64,000 nt of DNA from NCBI RefSeq assembly GCF_009914755.1, contig NC_060928.1; one strand, given 5' to 3'. The translations under genes were made by a program, and so were the position numbers. Of this stretch, positions 1 through 12,300 are shown in pieces. This DNA comes from the human T2T-CHM13v2.0 reference genome, Homo sapiens. Every line of letters starts with the position of its first letter. Position 1 is the first letter of the stretch. Below the pieces are notes generated by a model. That model saw nothing but the letters and a program-made list of their open reading frames with translations, was not told the origin of the DNA and searched no databases.

Positions 1-222
1 ATTGAACAATGAGAACACTTGGACACAGAGTGGGGAACATCACACACCGGGGCCTGTCATGGGGTGGGGGGAGTGGGGAGGGGTAGCATTAGGAGATACG
101 CCTAATGTAAATGACGAGTTAATGGGGGCAGCACACCAACATGGCACAGGTATACATATGTAATAAACCTGCACATTGCGCACATGTACCCTAGAACTTA
201 AAGTATAATAATAATAAAAAAA
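1..222 (+). mobile_element. L1PA (PA5/6-like) 3' UTR and A-tail; element continues off the left edge
   Basis: G-rich tract followed by gcacatgtaccctagaacttaaagtataataataataaaaaaa, the canonical L1PA 3' end. Confidence 0.95.
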
Positions 223-727
223 GAAGTATTATATTTTACTCAAAGGAATCACCTTAAAGAAGTAGAATTAGAGAAAGTTATCTGTTGCCAAATACTCTCC
301 ACATGTAATTTAAAAGTTTTGAATTCTTCAGGACCTATACCACTCCAACTATTCCACCTATGAAATTTTGTTTTTGGTTAACCACATTCAGATTATTATA
401 AAAAAATAAAATGAGGCCACAGGTAAAAAAATGTTCACATGAAGGTGAAGATACAGCATATATGAATCTTGAATAGACCACAGGAGTCAGAAGTAAATCT
501 TAAACACTCATGACACATGTTTGACAATTACTAATAAAAACAGAAATTTCCACCAAAAAGAATGATTGTACTATATCATATTTATTATTATTAATTCACA
601 ATTACTGTTTTATTCTTCTGTCTTTCATAAGCATGGACTGTCTGTGGTATGGACTTAAGTGGAGATTGTGAGCCAGTTTGGTCCTTTAAGGAAATTAACT
701 CTAATGAGGTAGTATAGTAGTATAGGT

Positions 728-756
728 TAAAACAAAACAAAACAAAACAAAAAAAC
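728..756. repeat. (CAAAA)n simple repeat
   Basis: aaaacaaaacaaaacaaaacaaaaaaac. Confidence 0.85.
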
Positions 757-1405
757 ACTAAGTGCAAGATAGTACTTAGAGGCTACCATAGTTTTAAGGG
801 TTTAAAGATGTTAGCAAAAGCAGTTGTAGTTGGAGAAGTCTTCTAGGAAATTAAAAGACTTGTTTGGATCCTCAAAGAATGGAGAAAACATTCCCAAACA
901 GAGAGGAGGTGGAGAGAGCACTGCAGGACGGGGGCAGCCTTCTAGGAACAACAAAGAACTAGGAATGTGTGCTGAATAGCTGAGTTTGGCTTCAGCAACT
1001 GATTTCTGATGGCAAACAGCTGGTGAGAAGATGGGACAGGCGGGCTGGAGCAAGAAGGCAAAGTGTGCCCACACTCCAGGTGGCTGCTCAAAGAACACTT
1101 AATGCTGCCTCTCTCTCCTACAATGCCTGTCTGATGGAGCAGGTGGTACCAGGTACAGTTTGGTGAAAATTTATAATTTTTAATATTGTTTTGTTTGTAA
1201 ATTCATTTGGTGGAATTTAAGTTCTATAGAGGAAGTTTATCTGTGCTTTTTCTTTTTTAAAAAAACTTTGGTTTCTGCCTGGGACTTTGTTTCTATGAAA
1301 ATCCTCCAGAGCTATCTGGAATATGGGTTTCTCTCCCTTTAACACATACATAGGAAAAACAGAAGCCTTCTTCAAAAGCTCTCTCTGTTCCTGAGGACCT
1401 ATCTT

Positions 1406-1419
1406 GTTTCCATGACAAC
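1406..1419. promoter_or_regulatory. RFX X-box-like palindrome
   Basis: GTTTCCATGACAAC matches the GTTNCCATGGNAAC-type consensus; motif match only. Confidence 0.4.
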
Positions 1420-1446
1420 CAACTTTTTACCCTCCAAGAACCCTCT

Positions 1447-1465
1447 CAGTGCCCCCTGGAGGTCT
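1447..1465 (-). promoter_or_regulatory. CTCF core motif
   Basis: Minus strand reads GACCTCCAGGGGGCACTG, close to consensus GCCACCAGGGGGCGCT; motif match only. Confidence 0.45.
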
Positions 1466-1763
1466 CAGAAGCACCACTGTGTGTTGGCATGTATTTTCTA
1501 ACTACAACAAATCACTTTGGTCTGTGGCCATTAGGATGTAATTGCTACAAAGTGTGTTGATGAATGATCTAAAATTGACTAGGTTCTTCAACTTTAGAGC
1601 CATTGATTCTTGCCAAACATTATGCCGACCCTTTGGCTAGACAGAATACCTGTCAATTCTGGAAACAACTTCACAGAGTTTGTGGGTTTGCATTGGATGC
1701 AACATAAAATCAAATGATATGACACTGTATTACCAGGCACTAGTGATAGGTCTTGCCAAAAAA

Positions 1764-1884
1764 GAAAGGAAGGAAGGATGGAAGGAAGGATGGAAGGATG
1801 GAAGGACAGAAGGATGGAAGGATGGAAGTACGGAAGGATGGAAGGAAGGATGGAAGGAAGGAAGGAAGGAAGGGAGGAAAGAAA
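1764..1884. repeat. (GGAA/GGAT)n purine-rich microsatellite
   Basis: gaaggaaggatggaaggaaggatgg... tract. Confidence 0.95.
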
Positions 1885-2436
1885 GATTTTTTGTTGCATT
1901 AAGCAATAAGGGTATCATAGGTAACCTTTTTCTAAAGCAATTTAGGTTGAGTGTGTTAGCAAAGACAACTAACAATGGATAGATAAGTGAATGTAATATA
2001 AGGAAAAGAAGACCCAATATTTGTTCAAGGACCTTGGTAGTGAAAAGAAAAAGCAAAGTAAAGCTGTAGGGGAAATAGAGTCAAAAGAATTGTGCTTCGT
2101 TTTTGTTTTTCACAATGGACTAATTTTGTTGATGTTTAAGAGTTCAAAAAAGCAAGCAGAATGAGAGAGACCCAACACAAATATAAAAAAGGGCTAATTG
2201 ATAGGCAAATGTAGTTTAAAGAGATAAGAAGGAAGGTGGAGGAATTATCCTTGAGTAGAAATAGGGCATCCAAAAAGGCATGTTATCTTCTTCCAAAAGT
2301 GGAGGTAAGGAGATAAAGGTATTTTGAAAAAAAAAATGAGAGTACATAAGGTAAAACAGATAAGTATATTGGTAGCTGAAAGAGGATGAGAGGTTGAGGT
2401 TAAAAAAATCTGTTTTGATATAAGCAATAATAGCAG

Positions 2437-2593
2437 ATATGTATATTTATAGATATATTTTATATAAATATATAAAATATTTTGTAAAATATACAAAAAT
2501 ATACGTAAAATTTTTATATATGTATATATAAAATATATAAATTTATATATATTTATATATGATATATAAATACGTATGTATATGTGTCTGTCG

Positions 2594-2628
<35 letters not shown>

Positions 2629-2645
2629 AATAAATTTTTAAAATG
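2437..2645. repeat. TA/TG-rich low-complexity tract, probably an expanded Alu tail
   Basis: (TA)n and (GT)n runs directly next to the A-tail end of the minus-strand Alu. Confidence 0.8.
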
Positions 2646-2933
2646 TTTTTAGAGACAGGGTCTTATTCTGTTTCCCAGGCTGGAGTGCAGTGGCACAATC
2701 ATGGCTCACTGTAACCTTGACCTCCCAGGCTCAATCGTTTTTCCCACCTCAGCCTCCTGAGTAGCTGGGACTAATAACACCAGCCATCATGCCTACCTAA
2801 TTTTTGCATTTTTGTTTAGAGATGGGTTTCACAATGTTGCCTAGGCTGATCCCAAACTCCTGGGCTCAAGTGATCTGCCTGCCTTGGCCTCTCAAAGTGC
2901 TGGTATTACAGGTGTGAGTCAATGTGCCCGGCC
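2646..2933 (-). mobile_element. AluJ
   Basis: Reverse Alu with J-type features (tcatggctcactgtaaccttgacctcccaggctca; ctcctgggctcaagtgatc). Confidence 0.9.
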
Positions 2934-3711
2934 GAAAAATATATTTGATATAGCAATAATAATAACAACAACCAGGATCTTGGGCTGACGCTTATGTTCC
3001 AGGTTAAATGTTTATGGATCAATAGGATCATGCTTGTGGTTCTAGATCATGCTTGTTGTAGACCATGCTTGATAATGTTATTTTTCCCAGTGAGGTATAT
3101 TTGATCTTTTGCTAGGAGTGAAAAAAATGCTTCTTTTATGTGACTTAGAGGAGTCAAGCCTCAAAATCCCTACTGTACCCAGTATTAAGAGTGAGAACCC
3201 TGGGCAAAATATTAAAGGCTTTAAATGAAACAAAAGAAAACTTCTACACTGTTGGATAGCTGTGAGGTTAGTGGGATGGCAGGAAGCTCAATCTTACAGT
3301 GCCTTGTAATGCACCGCAAGGACTTTGAACTTTACTTTGATTATGACAGAAAATCATTGAAGGGTGTATAGGAATTGCACAACATATATTTTAAAATAAT
3401 CACTTTATGTGGTGCAGAGAGAAGACTAAACAGATTAAGGATATCAGCAGTGAAAACAGAAGTCTATTGCAATAATTTAGGAAAGATTAAGCTAGGTTGG
3501 ACTACAGTTATAAAAGTCCAAGAGATGTAAGTGATAGGATTAGATACATATTTTAAAGGTAAGAGAAAAGATATGTTGATGTGGAGAAATAGAGGCATCA
3601 AGGTTATCTCCCAAATTTTTTATCTTAGTTACTAAAAATCCTTCACAACAGGGTTTGGGGTTGAAACTTAGGAATTTAGTTTGGCACACAGTAAGCTTAA
3701 AGTCTCTAGTA

Positions 3712-4045
3712 CAGGGGTCCCCAACCACTACTGGTCCCCATGGCCTGTTAGGAACTGGGCTGCACAGCAGGAGGTGAGAGGCGAGTAAACATTACTTCCT
3801 GAGCTCTGCTTCCTATCAGATCAGCAGTGGCATTAGATTCTCGTAGGAGTGTGAACCCTATTGTGAACGGGGCATGTGAAGGATCTAGGCTGCGCACTCC
3901 TTGTAAGAATCTAATGCCTGATGATCTGAGGTGGAACAGTTTCATCCCAAAACCATACCCTTCCACCAACTGCCCCAACCCAGTTCATGGAAAATTTGTC
4001 TTCCATGAAACTGGTCCCTGGTGCAAAAAAGTTTAGGGACTGCTG
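3712..4045 (+). mobile_element. MER1B (hAT-Charlie MITE)
   Basis: Termini caggggtccccaacc and gggactgctg; perfect 8-bp TSD ctctagta at 3704-3711 and 4046-4053. Confidence 0.92.
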
Positions 4046-4376
4046 CTCTAGTAGACATCTGAATGGAGATATCATATAGGAAGGGTGAGCCTGAGTTTAA
4101 GGGATATCCAGTTTGGAGATACAGATGTAGGTTTATTCAGCATGTGGGTGTCTTTTAAGGTCATGGATTAGAAGAGATAACCAGGAAAGTAAGTGTAGAT
4201 AAAGGAGAGATGGAGTTTGTGGATGGTGCTTCATGGTGGTCTAATTTCCAAAGCTCACAAGATTAAGAGAAGCCAGCAAAGGAGCCTGGGCAAAAGTTAA
4301 CTACAAGGAAGCAAGAACAGCCAAAATAGGCATGTATCCTGGAAGCTAAGAAAAGAAAGAATTTCAGGTCAGAGTG

Positions 4377-4772
4377 TGTGTTAGTCCATTCTGCATTGCC
4401 TTAAAGGAATACCTGAGACTGGGTAACTTAATAGAAGTTTATTTGGCTGATGGTTCTGCAGGCTCTACAAGCATGGCACTAGCATCGTCTTCTGGTGAAG
4501 CTTCAGAAAGGTTTTACCCATGGCGGATGGTGAAAGGGGAGCAGGTGTGTCATATCGTGAGTGGATAGCAAGAGAGAGAGGGAGAGGTGTGACACTCTTT
4601 TAAACAACCTGATTTGGTGTGAATTCAAAGAGTGAGAATTCACTCATTACTGTGGGGAAGGCATCAAGCCATTCCTGAGAGATCCATGTCCATGAGCCAA
4701 ACACCTCCCACCAGGCCCTACCTCTTACATTTCAGCATCAGATATGGAGAGGCCAATTTCTAAACCATATCC
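4377..4772 (-). mobile_element. MSTA/MSTB MaLR solo LTR
   Basis: tgtgttagtccattctgcattgccttaaaggaatacctgagactgggtaa ... aaaccatatcca. Confidence 0.88.
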
Positions 4773-5821
4773 AGGTGACTGAGAAACCCAGGCAAATATT
4801 AGTTCTGGCAATCTGAAGGTCTATAGCGACATTGAAGATAACAGTTAATGTGGAGTTGCGAGGATAAAAATGTGATTGGATTGGGTTCAAGACAGGAAAG
4901 GAGACAGATTGGGGATGATGGGTATAGATGCTACTTTCAAAGTGTTTTATTGTTTAAAGAAGGCAGAGAAATGTGTTCCTACGTGGAAAACGGGGATGTA
5001 AGATCAAATTTAAAAAAAAAAACCTCTTTTTTGATATAAAAACAATAGTGCATGTTTTTGGCTGGTGGTTATGTTCCAGATTAGAAGAGGGAATTAACAA
5101 TGCAAGAGAGAGAAGAAAAGCAGCCAAAGCGGGCGTGGCGTCCTGTGTAAAAGTGAAGGGTTTGGCCTTGGATAGGATTTTGAACAGTTTATCTCTTGTA
5201 ACAGGAGTGAATTAATAAAATATATGTACTGAGCCAGGTCCACCGGTAGATGTGGTAGTGATAATTGAGAAGTTTGTGAACTTTTTCTTCTGACTGTATT
5301 AATGGTTTTTCTTCCAGAGAAATATGAATTAAACAGAAGTAAATTATTATCAGAAAGTGAGAATTGTGAAATGCATATTGGATGCTAATAAAGAGATTGG
5401 TGTCTACTATTTCATACAATAGTACAATTTTTTTCAACCTCAACAAGATCTCTAACCCACTGACTCTGTTGTTTTCTCACCAGTCATCAGTCCCCTGTTT
5501 ACTTCACTTCCTTTCTTACCCCATAGCATTATATTTGTAATCACTTACTGCCAAATACTCTCAACTCCCTGGGCCCTTTATGCTTCTTTTACATGTGCCT
5601 GGTAGGAAGCAACATTAGTTCAGCATACTTATCTTCTCTATTTATGATGTATTAATGCTCCTGAATGCTAGGGGACAATAACATCGGGCAAGATTGCATG
5701 ATTTCATTTTAAATTCATGAATATAAATTCAATTTGTAACTTAACACTTAGCAGAAACCCAACTATTTTCACCTATAAAATTTTCTTGCTCATCTTCTAA
5801 AATTATAATTTCTCTTTTGTA

Positions 5822-6125
5822 TTTTCTTTTATTTATTTATTGTTTTTTAGAGATAGGGTCTCACTTTGTCACCTAGCCTGGAGTGCAGTAGCATGATCAT
5901 AACTCATTGCAGCCTGGAACTCCTGGGCTCAAGTGGTCCTCCTGCCTCAGCCTCCTGAGTAGCTGGGGCTGCAGATGTGTGCCACCAGGCTCAGCTCATT
6001 AATTTATTAATTTTTTTTTTTAAGATATGGGTTCTCACTGTGTTGGCCAGGCTGGTCTCAAACTCCTGACCTCAAGCAATCCTCCAAAGTGCTGGGATTA
6101 CAAGCATGAGGCACCATGTCCAGCC
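5822..6125 (-). mobile_element. AluJ
   Basis: Reverse Alu: tcataactcattgcagcctggaactcctgggctcaagtggtcctcc. Confidence 0.9.
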
Positions 6126-8648
6126 CTTTTTAACTGACTTATACCACTTACTCTCCTCTTCTTTCCAAAATAATAATGTCACCATACACTTCACTAAGAA
6201 AATTGAAGACATCAAATGGGACTCATTCATTTTCCCATTGCTAAATTTATACATCCACCTGCAGCTGCACTCATATTCTCTTTCTCCATTTTTATTAAAA
6301 TGGTGAAAGCATCTCACTTCCTCTAAGCCTAATTCTTCCATATGTGCAATTAATCCTATTCTTTCTTGTCTTTGTAAGATATATATCTTCTGTTTTCCAC
6401 TTATCTGCTGTAACATATGTCTTTCTCTTTCTACCTTTTCACTTCCATACTGTATTTTTTTAAAAAGAAACTGAATGTTTCTTGTATTTACGTTTTCACT
6501 TGATTTATGAAATTACAGATTTTATATGCTTGATTCTCTCAAAAATATCAAAAATATATATTAAAAAAACAAATGTGATACCCACAATGTGTTTCAATGA
6601 CTTCAAGCTTATCATTATGTCTACACATGATTTTGACATAAATTATCAATTCCATGCAGTTTATTTAATTATCTCTTACTTTCATACCGGTATTACAACT
6701 ACACTTACTAATTAAACAGTGCTTCACTTACCCAGCCAAGGAAAACAATGCTTTCTGATTATGGACAGTTGATTCTTGCCCCCGACATAATAACTGGTTG
6801 CGTCTTCAATCTGATTGAAATTCAAACTGGCATTAGTTGAGTTATGTCTCTTCTTAAGTTTTACCAGCCACATCAGTGATGCTTTCCAGATCCTACCTAC
6901 TGGCAACAGCTTCCTAATATCTTTGCCAGTGAAATCCAAATTTAATTTCTGACACCCAGGATCTCTGAATCAACCATTTTCTTTCTTCCTTTTTTCTTTT
7001 TAAATAAGTCATCATCCATTGTATTAATTAAAAACAGCAACAACAAATCACTTTTCTGGTTCCAGTATGTAAAGAGGTAGGAAGTCACCACTTCATCCTA
7101 ATGACAAGTAAAAAAGCTGAACAAACTGAAAAATCAACACATCTTAGATCTGTAAGAGAAGCGAGATCACAAGGCAAAACCCTGCCCCCAAATTGGAGAG
7201 ACAGATAGATGAGTACAGAGATCTACAACTTAGTGGAATAGAAACTCATAAGTAGAAACTTCTCCAGGAACCAGTGCCAAGGTAGGAAATCTAAACTGTA
7301 ATTGATAAATTGCTGGAGCCTTAGAAGCTCCAGGTGGACCCAGTTTTGGGGATTAGGGGGTTCCTCACACTACTGAGTTTTACCTCTGGAAGCTTCACAA
7401 GTTTCTCAGAGTAAGTATTGAAGAAAAATGCCCTCTTGCTCCTGGCAGGGGAAGGGGAAAGGTAGCTATTTTGAAATACAACAAAAAATTCTATTCTACT
7501 TAACAAGGGATGGCCTCGGGAAAAACTATTTAACTATAGCCTAATTGACGTGGGGGAAGGGAAATACCCAATTCCACCCACTCTAGACTTCTACATGGAG
7601 GAAGGGAAATACACAATGCCAATCCATTCTAGCCACCCTGTCCACCTAAGAGGAGGAAAATGACAAAAAGAATGTGTAACATTAACAATCCAGGGGCACA
7701 GGCTTATTAAAAAACAGAGACATAGCAAAAGGTGAAAAAACACAGTTTGAAGAGACAAAACAAACATCAGCACCAGCTTTGGATGTGGCAAGAATATTGG
7801 AATAATCAGACGGGGAATTTAAAACACCAATAAGTAATATGTTAAGAGCTGTGATGGATAGACAGTGTAAAGGAACAGATGGGCAATATAAGCAGAGAGA
7901 TGGACATTCTAAGAAAGAATCTAAAAGAAATCCTAGAGATAAAAAACACTGCAACAGAAATAATAAATGCATTTGATGGGCTCATTGGTAGACTAGGCAT
8001 TGCTGAGGAAACAATCTCTGAACTTGAGAATAAGACAATGGAAATCCAACTTAAAAGCAAATGAAAAAAGAAAAAATAGAATAAAATATCTAAGAATTGT
8101 TGGACAACTGCAACAAGTATATGTGTAATAAGAATACCAGAAAGAGAAGAAAGGAATAAATAAAATCAATATTTAAAGAAATAATGACAGAATCTTTTCA
8201 AATTAATTTCAGAAACCAAACCACAGATCCAAGAAGTTCATAAAACAGTAAGCTGGATAAATGCCCAAAAAACTACACATAGGTATATCATATTTGACCC
8301 TCAGACTATCAAAGATAAAGAAAAAAATCTTGAAAGAAACCAGAGGGTGAGTAAAACACTTTACTGTAGAGGAGAAAAGGTAAGAATTACATCCAGTATC
8401 TTCCTAGAGATTATGCACACAAGAAGAGAGTGGAGTGAAATATTTGAAGTGTTGAGAGAAAAAAGCCACCTAACTAGGATTTTCTATCCTGAAAAATGAT
8501 TCTTCAAAAGTAAAGCAGAAATAGACTTCCTCACACAAACAGAAGTTGAGGGATTTGTTGCCACTAGACTTGCCTTGTATGAAATATCAAAAGAGAGTTC
8601 ATTTTCTTCAGAGAGAAGGAAAATTATGTAGGTCAGACAGTTTCATCT

Positions 8649-9011
8649 TGTCTTAGTCTACTTGAGCTGCTATAACAAAAAATACCACAAATTGGGTGGC
8701 TTACAAACAGCAAACATTTCTCTCTCACAGTTCTGGAGTGTGAAAAGATCAAGATCAAGTCAACAGAAGTTTTGGTGTCTAGTGAGTGTCCAATCCTTAT
8801 AGCTGGCACCCTCTTGCTGTGTCCTCACATAGTGAAAGGGGCAAATGAACTTCTTTAGGCCTGTTTTATAAGGGAACTAATCCTGTTTATGAAGGTTCTG
8901 TCCTCATGACCTGGTCATTTTCCAAATGTCCCCACCTCCAGTGCTCTTACTTTGGGAGTTAGAATTTCAACAGAGGAGCTTGGAGGAGACACAAACTTTC
9001 ACGCTGTAGCT
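8649..9011 (-). mobile_element. MLT1A/MLT1A0 MaLR solo LTR inserted in L1
   Basis: tgtcttagtctacttgagctgctataacaaaaaatacc...; 5-bp TSD catct/gatct. Confidence 0.85.
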
Positions 9012-9073
9012 GATCTACATAAAGAAAGGAAGAGCATCAGAGAATAAATAAGTGAAGGTAAAATAAAACTTTT

Positions 9074-9376
9074 AGTTGGGCTCAGTGACTCATGCCTGTA
9101 ATCCCAGCACTTTGGGGGGCCAAGGCTGGTGGATCACTTGAGGTCAGGAGTTCAAAACCAGCCTGGCCAACATTGTGAAACCCCATCTTTACTAAAAATA
9201 CAAAATTAGCTGGGCATGGTGGTGGGTGCCTATAATCCCAGCTACTCGGGAGGCTGAGGAGGAGAATTGCTGGAATCTGAGAGGTGGAAGTGGCAGTGAG
9301 CTGAGATCCCACCTCTATACTCTAGCCTGGGCGATGGAGCCAAAACTCCATCTGAAAAAATAAAAAATAAAAAAAT
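9074..9376 (+). mobile_element. AluS
   Basis: Full dimer, ggatcacttgaggtcaggagttcaaaaccagcc; flanking repeat aaaactttt. Confidence 0.93.
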
Positions 9377-12300
9377 AGAAAACTTTTACTTTTTAATTTA
9401 CTTACTCTTAATTGATCTGACAGATAACAGTTTGTTCCAAATAATAGCAACAATAAAAGATTACACATTCTTCTCAAATTCACATGAACTATTCACTAAG
9501 ATAGACCACCTCCTGGACTATAAAATACACCTTAATAAATTTAAAATAATAAAAATCATATGTCTGGTCTCAGACCACAGCGAAATTAAACTAGAAATCA
9601 ATACTATCTATGTAGCTGGAAAATCTCAAAATATTAAAGAGTAATTAAAAGGCATTTTAGACTGGATGAAACTAAAAACACAGGGATGCAGGAAAAACAG
9701 TGCTTAGAGAAAAATGTATACCATAGAATCCAAATACTTGAAAAGTAAAAAAAAAAAAATGTATAATCCATAATTCAAGCTTCCACTTAGGAAACGAGAC
9801 AGAGAAGAGTGAATTACATAAAAAGTAAGCAGAACAAAATAAATAAAAATTAGAGTAGGAATAAATAACATTAAAAGCAGGAAATCAATAGAGAAAATAA
9901 AAAAATATCAAAAGCTGTTTCTTTCAAAAAATTAATAAAACTAATAAACCTGTAGCCAGGCTAAGAAAGACAAGACACAATTACTAATGTCAATAATGAA
10001 AGAATGATATCACAAGAGATCTCATGACTATTAAAAGAACAACCAAGGAATACTATGAATAAATGTATGCCAACAAATTTAATAACCTTCACAAAATAAA
10101 CCGACTCTTTGAAAGACACAATAAAACTCACACAAGAAGAAATAGACAATATGAAGAGGCCTAATTCTATTAAATAAATTTAGTTAGTAATTAAGAACTT
10201 TCTAAAATGGAAAGCACTGGGCCTAAATGTACCAGTAATTCTAGTAAATATTTAAAGATGAATTTATATCAATTATCAACAGTTTCTTATAGAAAGTCAA
10301 AAGCAGAGGAAATACTTTCTAATTCATTGTATGCGGTTAGCATTACAGTAATACCAACACCCGATGAAGACATTATAATAAAACTACAAATCAATTTCTC
10401 TCATGCAAATATTCTCAACAATATATTAGCAAATAAAATCCAACAATATATAAAAATAAAAATATATCATGGCTAAGTGAGATTTATCCCATGTATGCAA
10501 GGTTGGTTCAATATTCAAAAGTCAATTAATATATTTCATCACATCAACAAAGTAAAGAAGAAAAATCACATGCTCATATTAACAGGTACAGGAAAAGCAT
10601 TTGACAAAATCCAACACCCATTCATGATAAAAACTCTCAGTAAACTAGGAATAGATGGGAAGTCCTCAACTAAATAATGTATAAACAACCTACAGCTAAG
10701 ATCATAATTAATGAAAAGAAACTACAAGCTTTTCCCCTAAGATCAGGAGCAAGATAAGGATGTTCTCTCTTACCACTCCTTTTCAGCATTGTGGAGGAAT
10801 TACTATATAATTCAGCAAGAGAAGAAAATAAAGTAAATGGTTTTAGATTGGGAAGAAAAAAATAAAAGTATCTTTGATCATAATGATATTATATTCTATG
10901 TGTAAAATCTGAAAGAACTGGTAAAAAAAAATCTCCTGAAACTAATAAGCATTAAAGCAAGGTGGCAAGATATAAGGTTAACATACAATAGTCAAACACC
11001 TTCCTATACATTAGCAATTTATAAGTGTAATTTGAAATTAAACACACATTATTGTTTACATTAGCACCTCAAACATTTGGCAGGTATAAATCTAACAAAA
11101 TATGTGAACAATCTAAATGAGGAAAACTGCAAAACTCTGAAGAAAGATATTAAGATCTATATGAGGAAAACTATAAAACTGTTGAAAGGCATTAAAGAAC
11201 TAAATAGATATTTTATGTTCATGAATGAGAAGTCTCAATATTATGAAGATGTCAGTTCTTCCCACTTAATGGATAGATTCAATGTTATCCCAATAAAGAT
11301 CTCAGCAAATTATTTTGTTGATATTAACAAACTGATTCTAAAGTTTATATAGAGAGGAAAATGACCCAGAATAGCCAACACAATATTGAAGAAGAACAAA
11401 GACTGACACTACTTGACATAAGACTTAATACAAAGCTACAGCAATCATGACAGTGTGGAACTGGCAACAACAACAACAAAAAAACACAGATAAATCATTT
11501 AGTGGAGCAGAGTAAAGAGCTCCAAAATAGGCCCATGTAAGTATAGGCAACTAATCTTTGACAAAGGAGCAAAGGCAATGCAATGAAACAAAGGTGGTTT
11601 TCACAACAAATGATGCTGAAACAACTGGACACTTATGTACAAAAAAATGAATCTAAACGCAGACTTTACACTCTTCACAAAAAGTAACTTAAAATGAATT
11701 ATAGACCTAGTTGTAAAATGCAAAATATAAAACTCCTGGAAGATAATAAAGGAGAGAATTTAGATACCTAGGGTTTGGCAGTGCATTTTTAAATACAATA
11801 CCAAAGACAAGATTCATGTTAAAAAGAACTTATAAGTTAGACTTTATTAAAAGTAACAAATTTTTGCTCTATTAAAGGCGCTACCAGAAATATAATCAGC
11901 CAAATGACAGACTAGGGGAAACATTTGCAAAAGACACGTCTTATAAAGGACTATTTTCCAAAATAAACAAAGAACTCTTACAACTCACAATAGGAAAATG
12001 AACAACATTTAAAAAAATGGGCCAAATACCTTATCAGAAACCTCACCAAATAAGGTATACAGGTTGCAAATAAACATTTGTAAAGATGCTCCATATCATA
12101 TGTCATTAAGGAAATGCAAATTAAAATGAGATGTCACTACACACCTATCAGAATGGCTAAAATTCAGAACATTAACCAAACACCAAATGCTAGTGAAGAT
12201 GAAGAGCAACAGGAGTTCTCATCCATTGCTGGTGGGAATGCAAAATGGTAGTCAATTTAGAAGTCAGTTTGGCAGTTTCTTACAAATCTAAACATACTCT

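Larger units (their letters stand above)
3200..5340 (-). mobile_element. L2 (LINE-2) relic, interrupted by MER1B and an MST LTR
   Basis: Degenerate GA-rich sequence typical of antisense L2 (e.g. gtctattgcaataatttaggaaaga, gagaagccagcaaaggag); boundaries approximate. Confidence 0.55.

Noticed and set aside
58-83. G-quadruplex-like tract
   Set aside because: Standard feature of every L1PA 3' UTR
1594-2056. Three overlapping ~100-aa ORFs
   Set aside because: They are translations of the (GGAA/GGAT)n microsatellite
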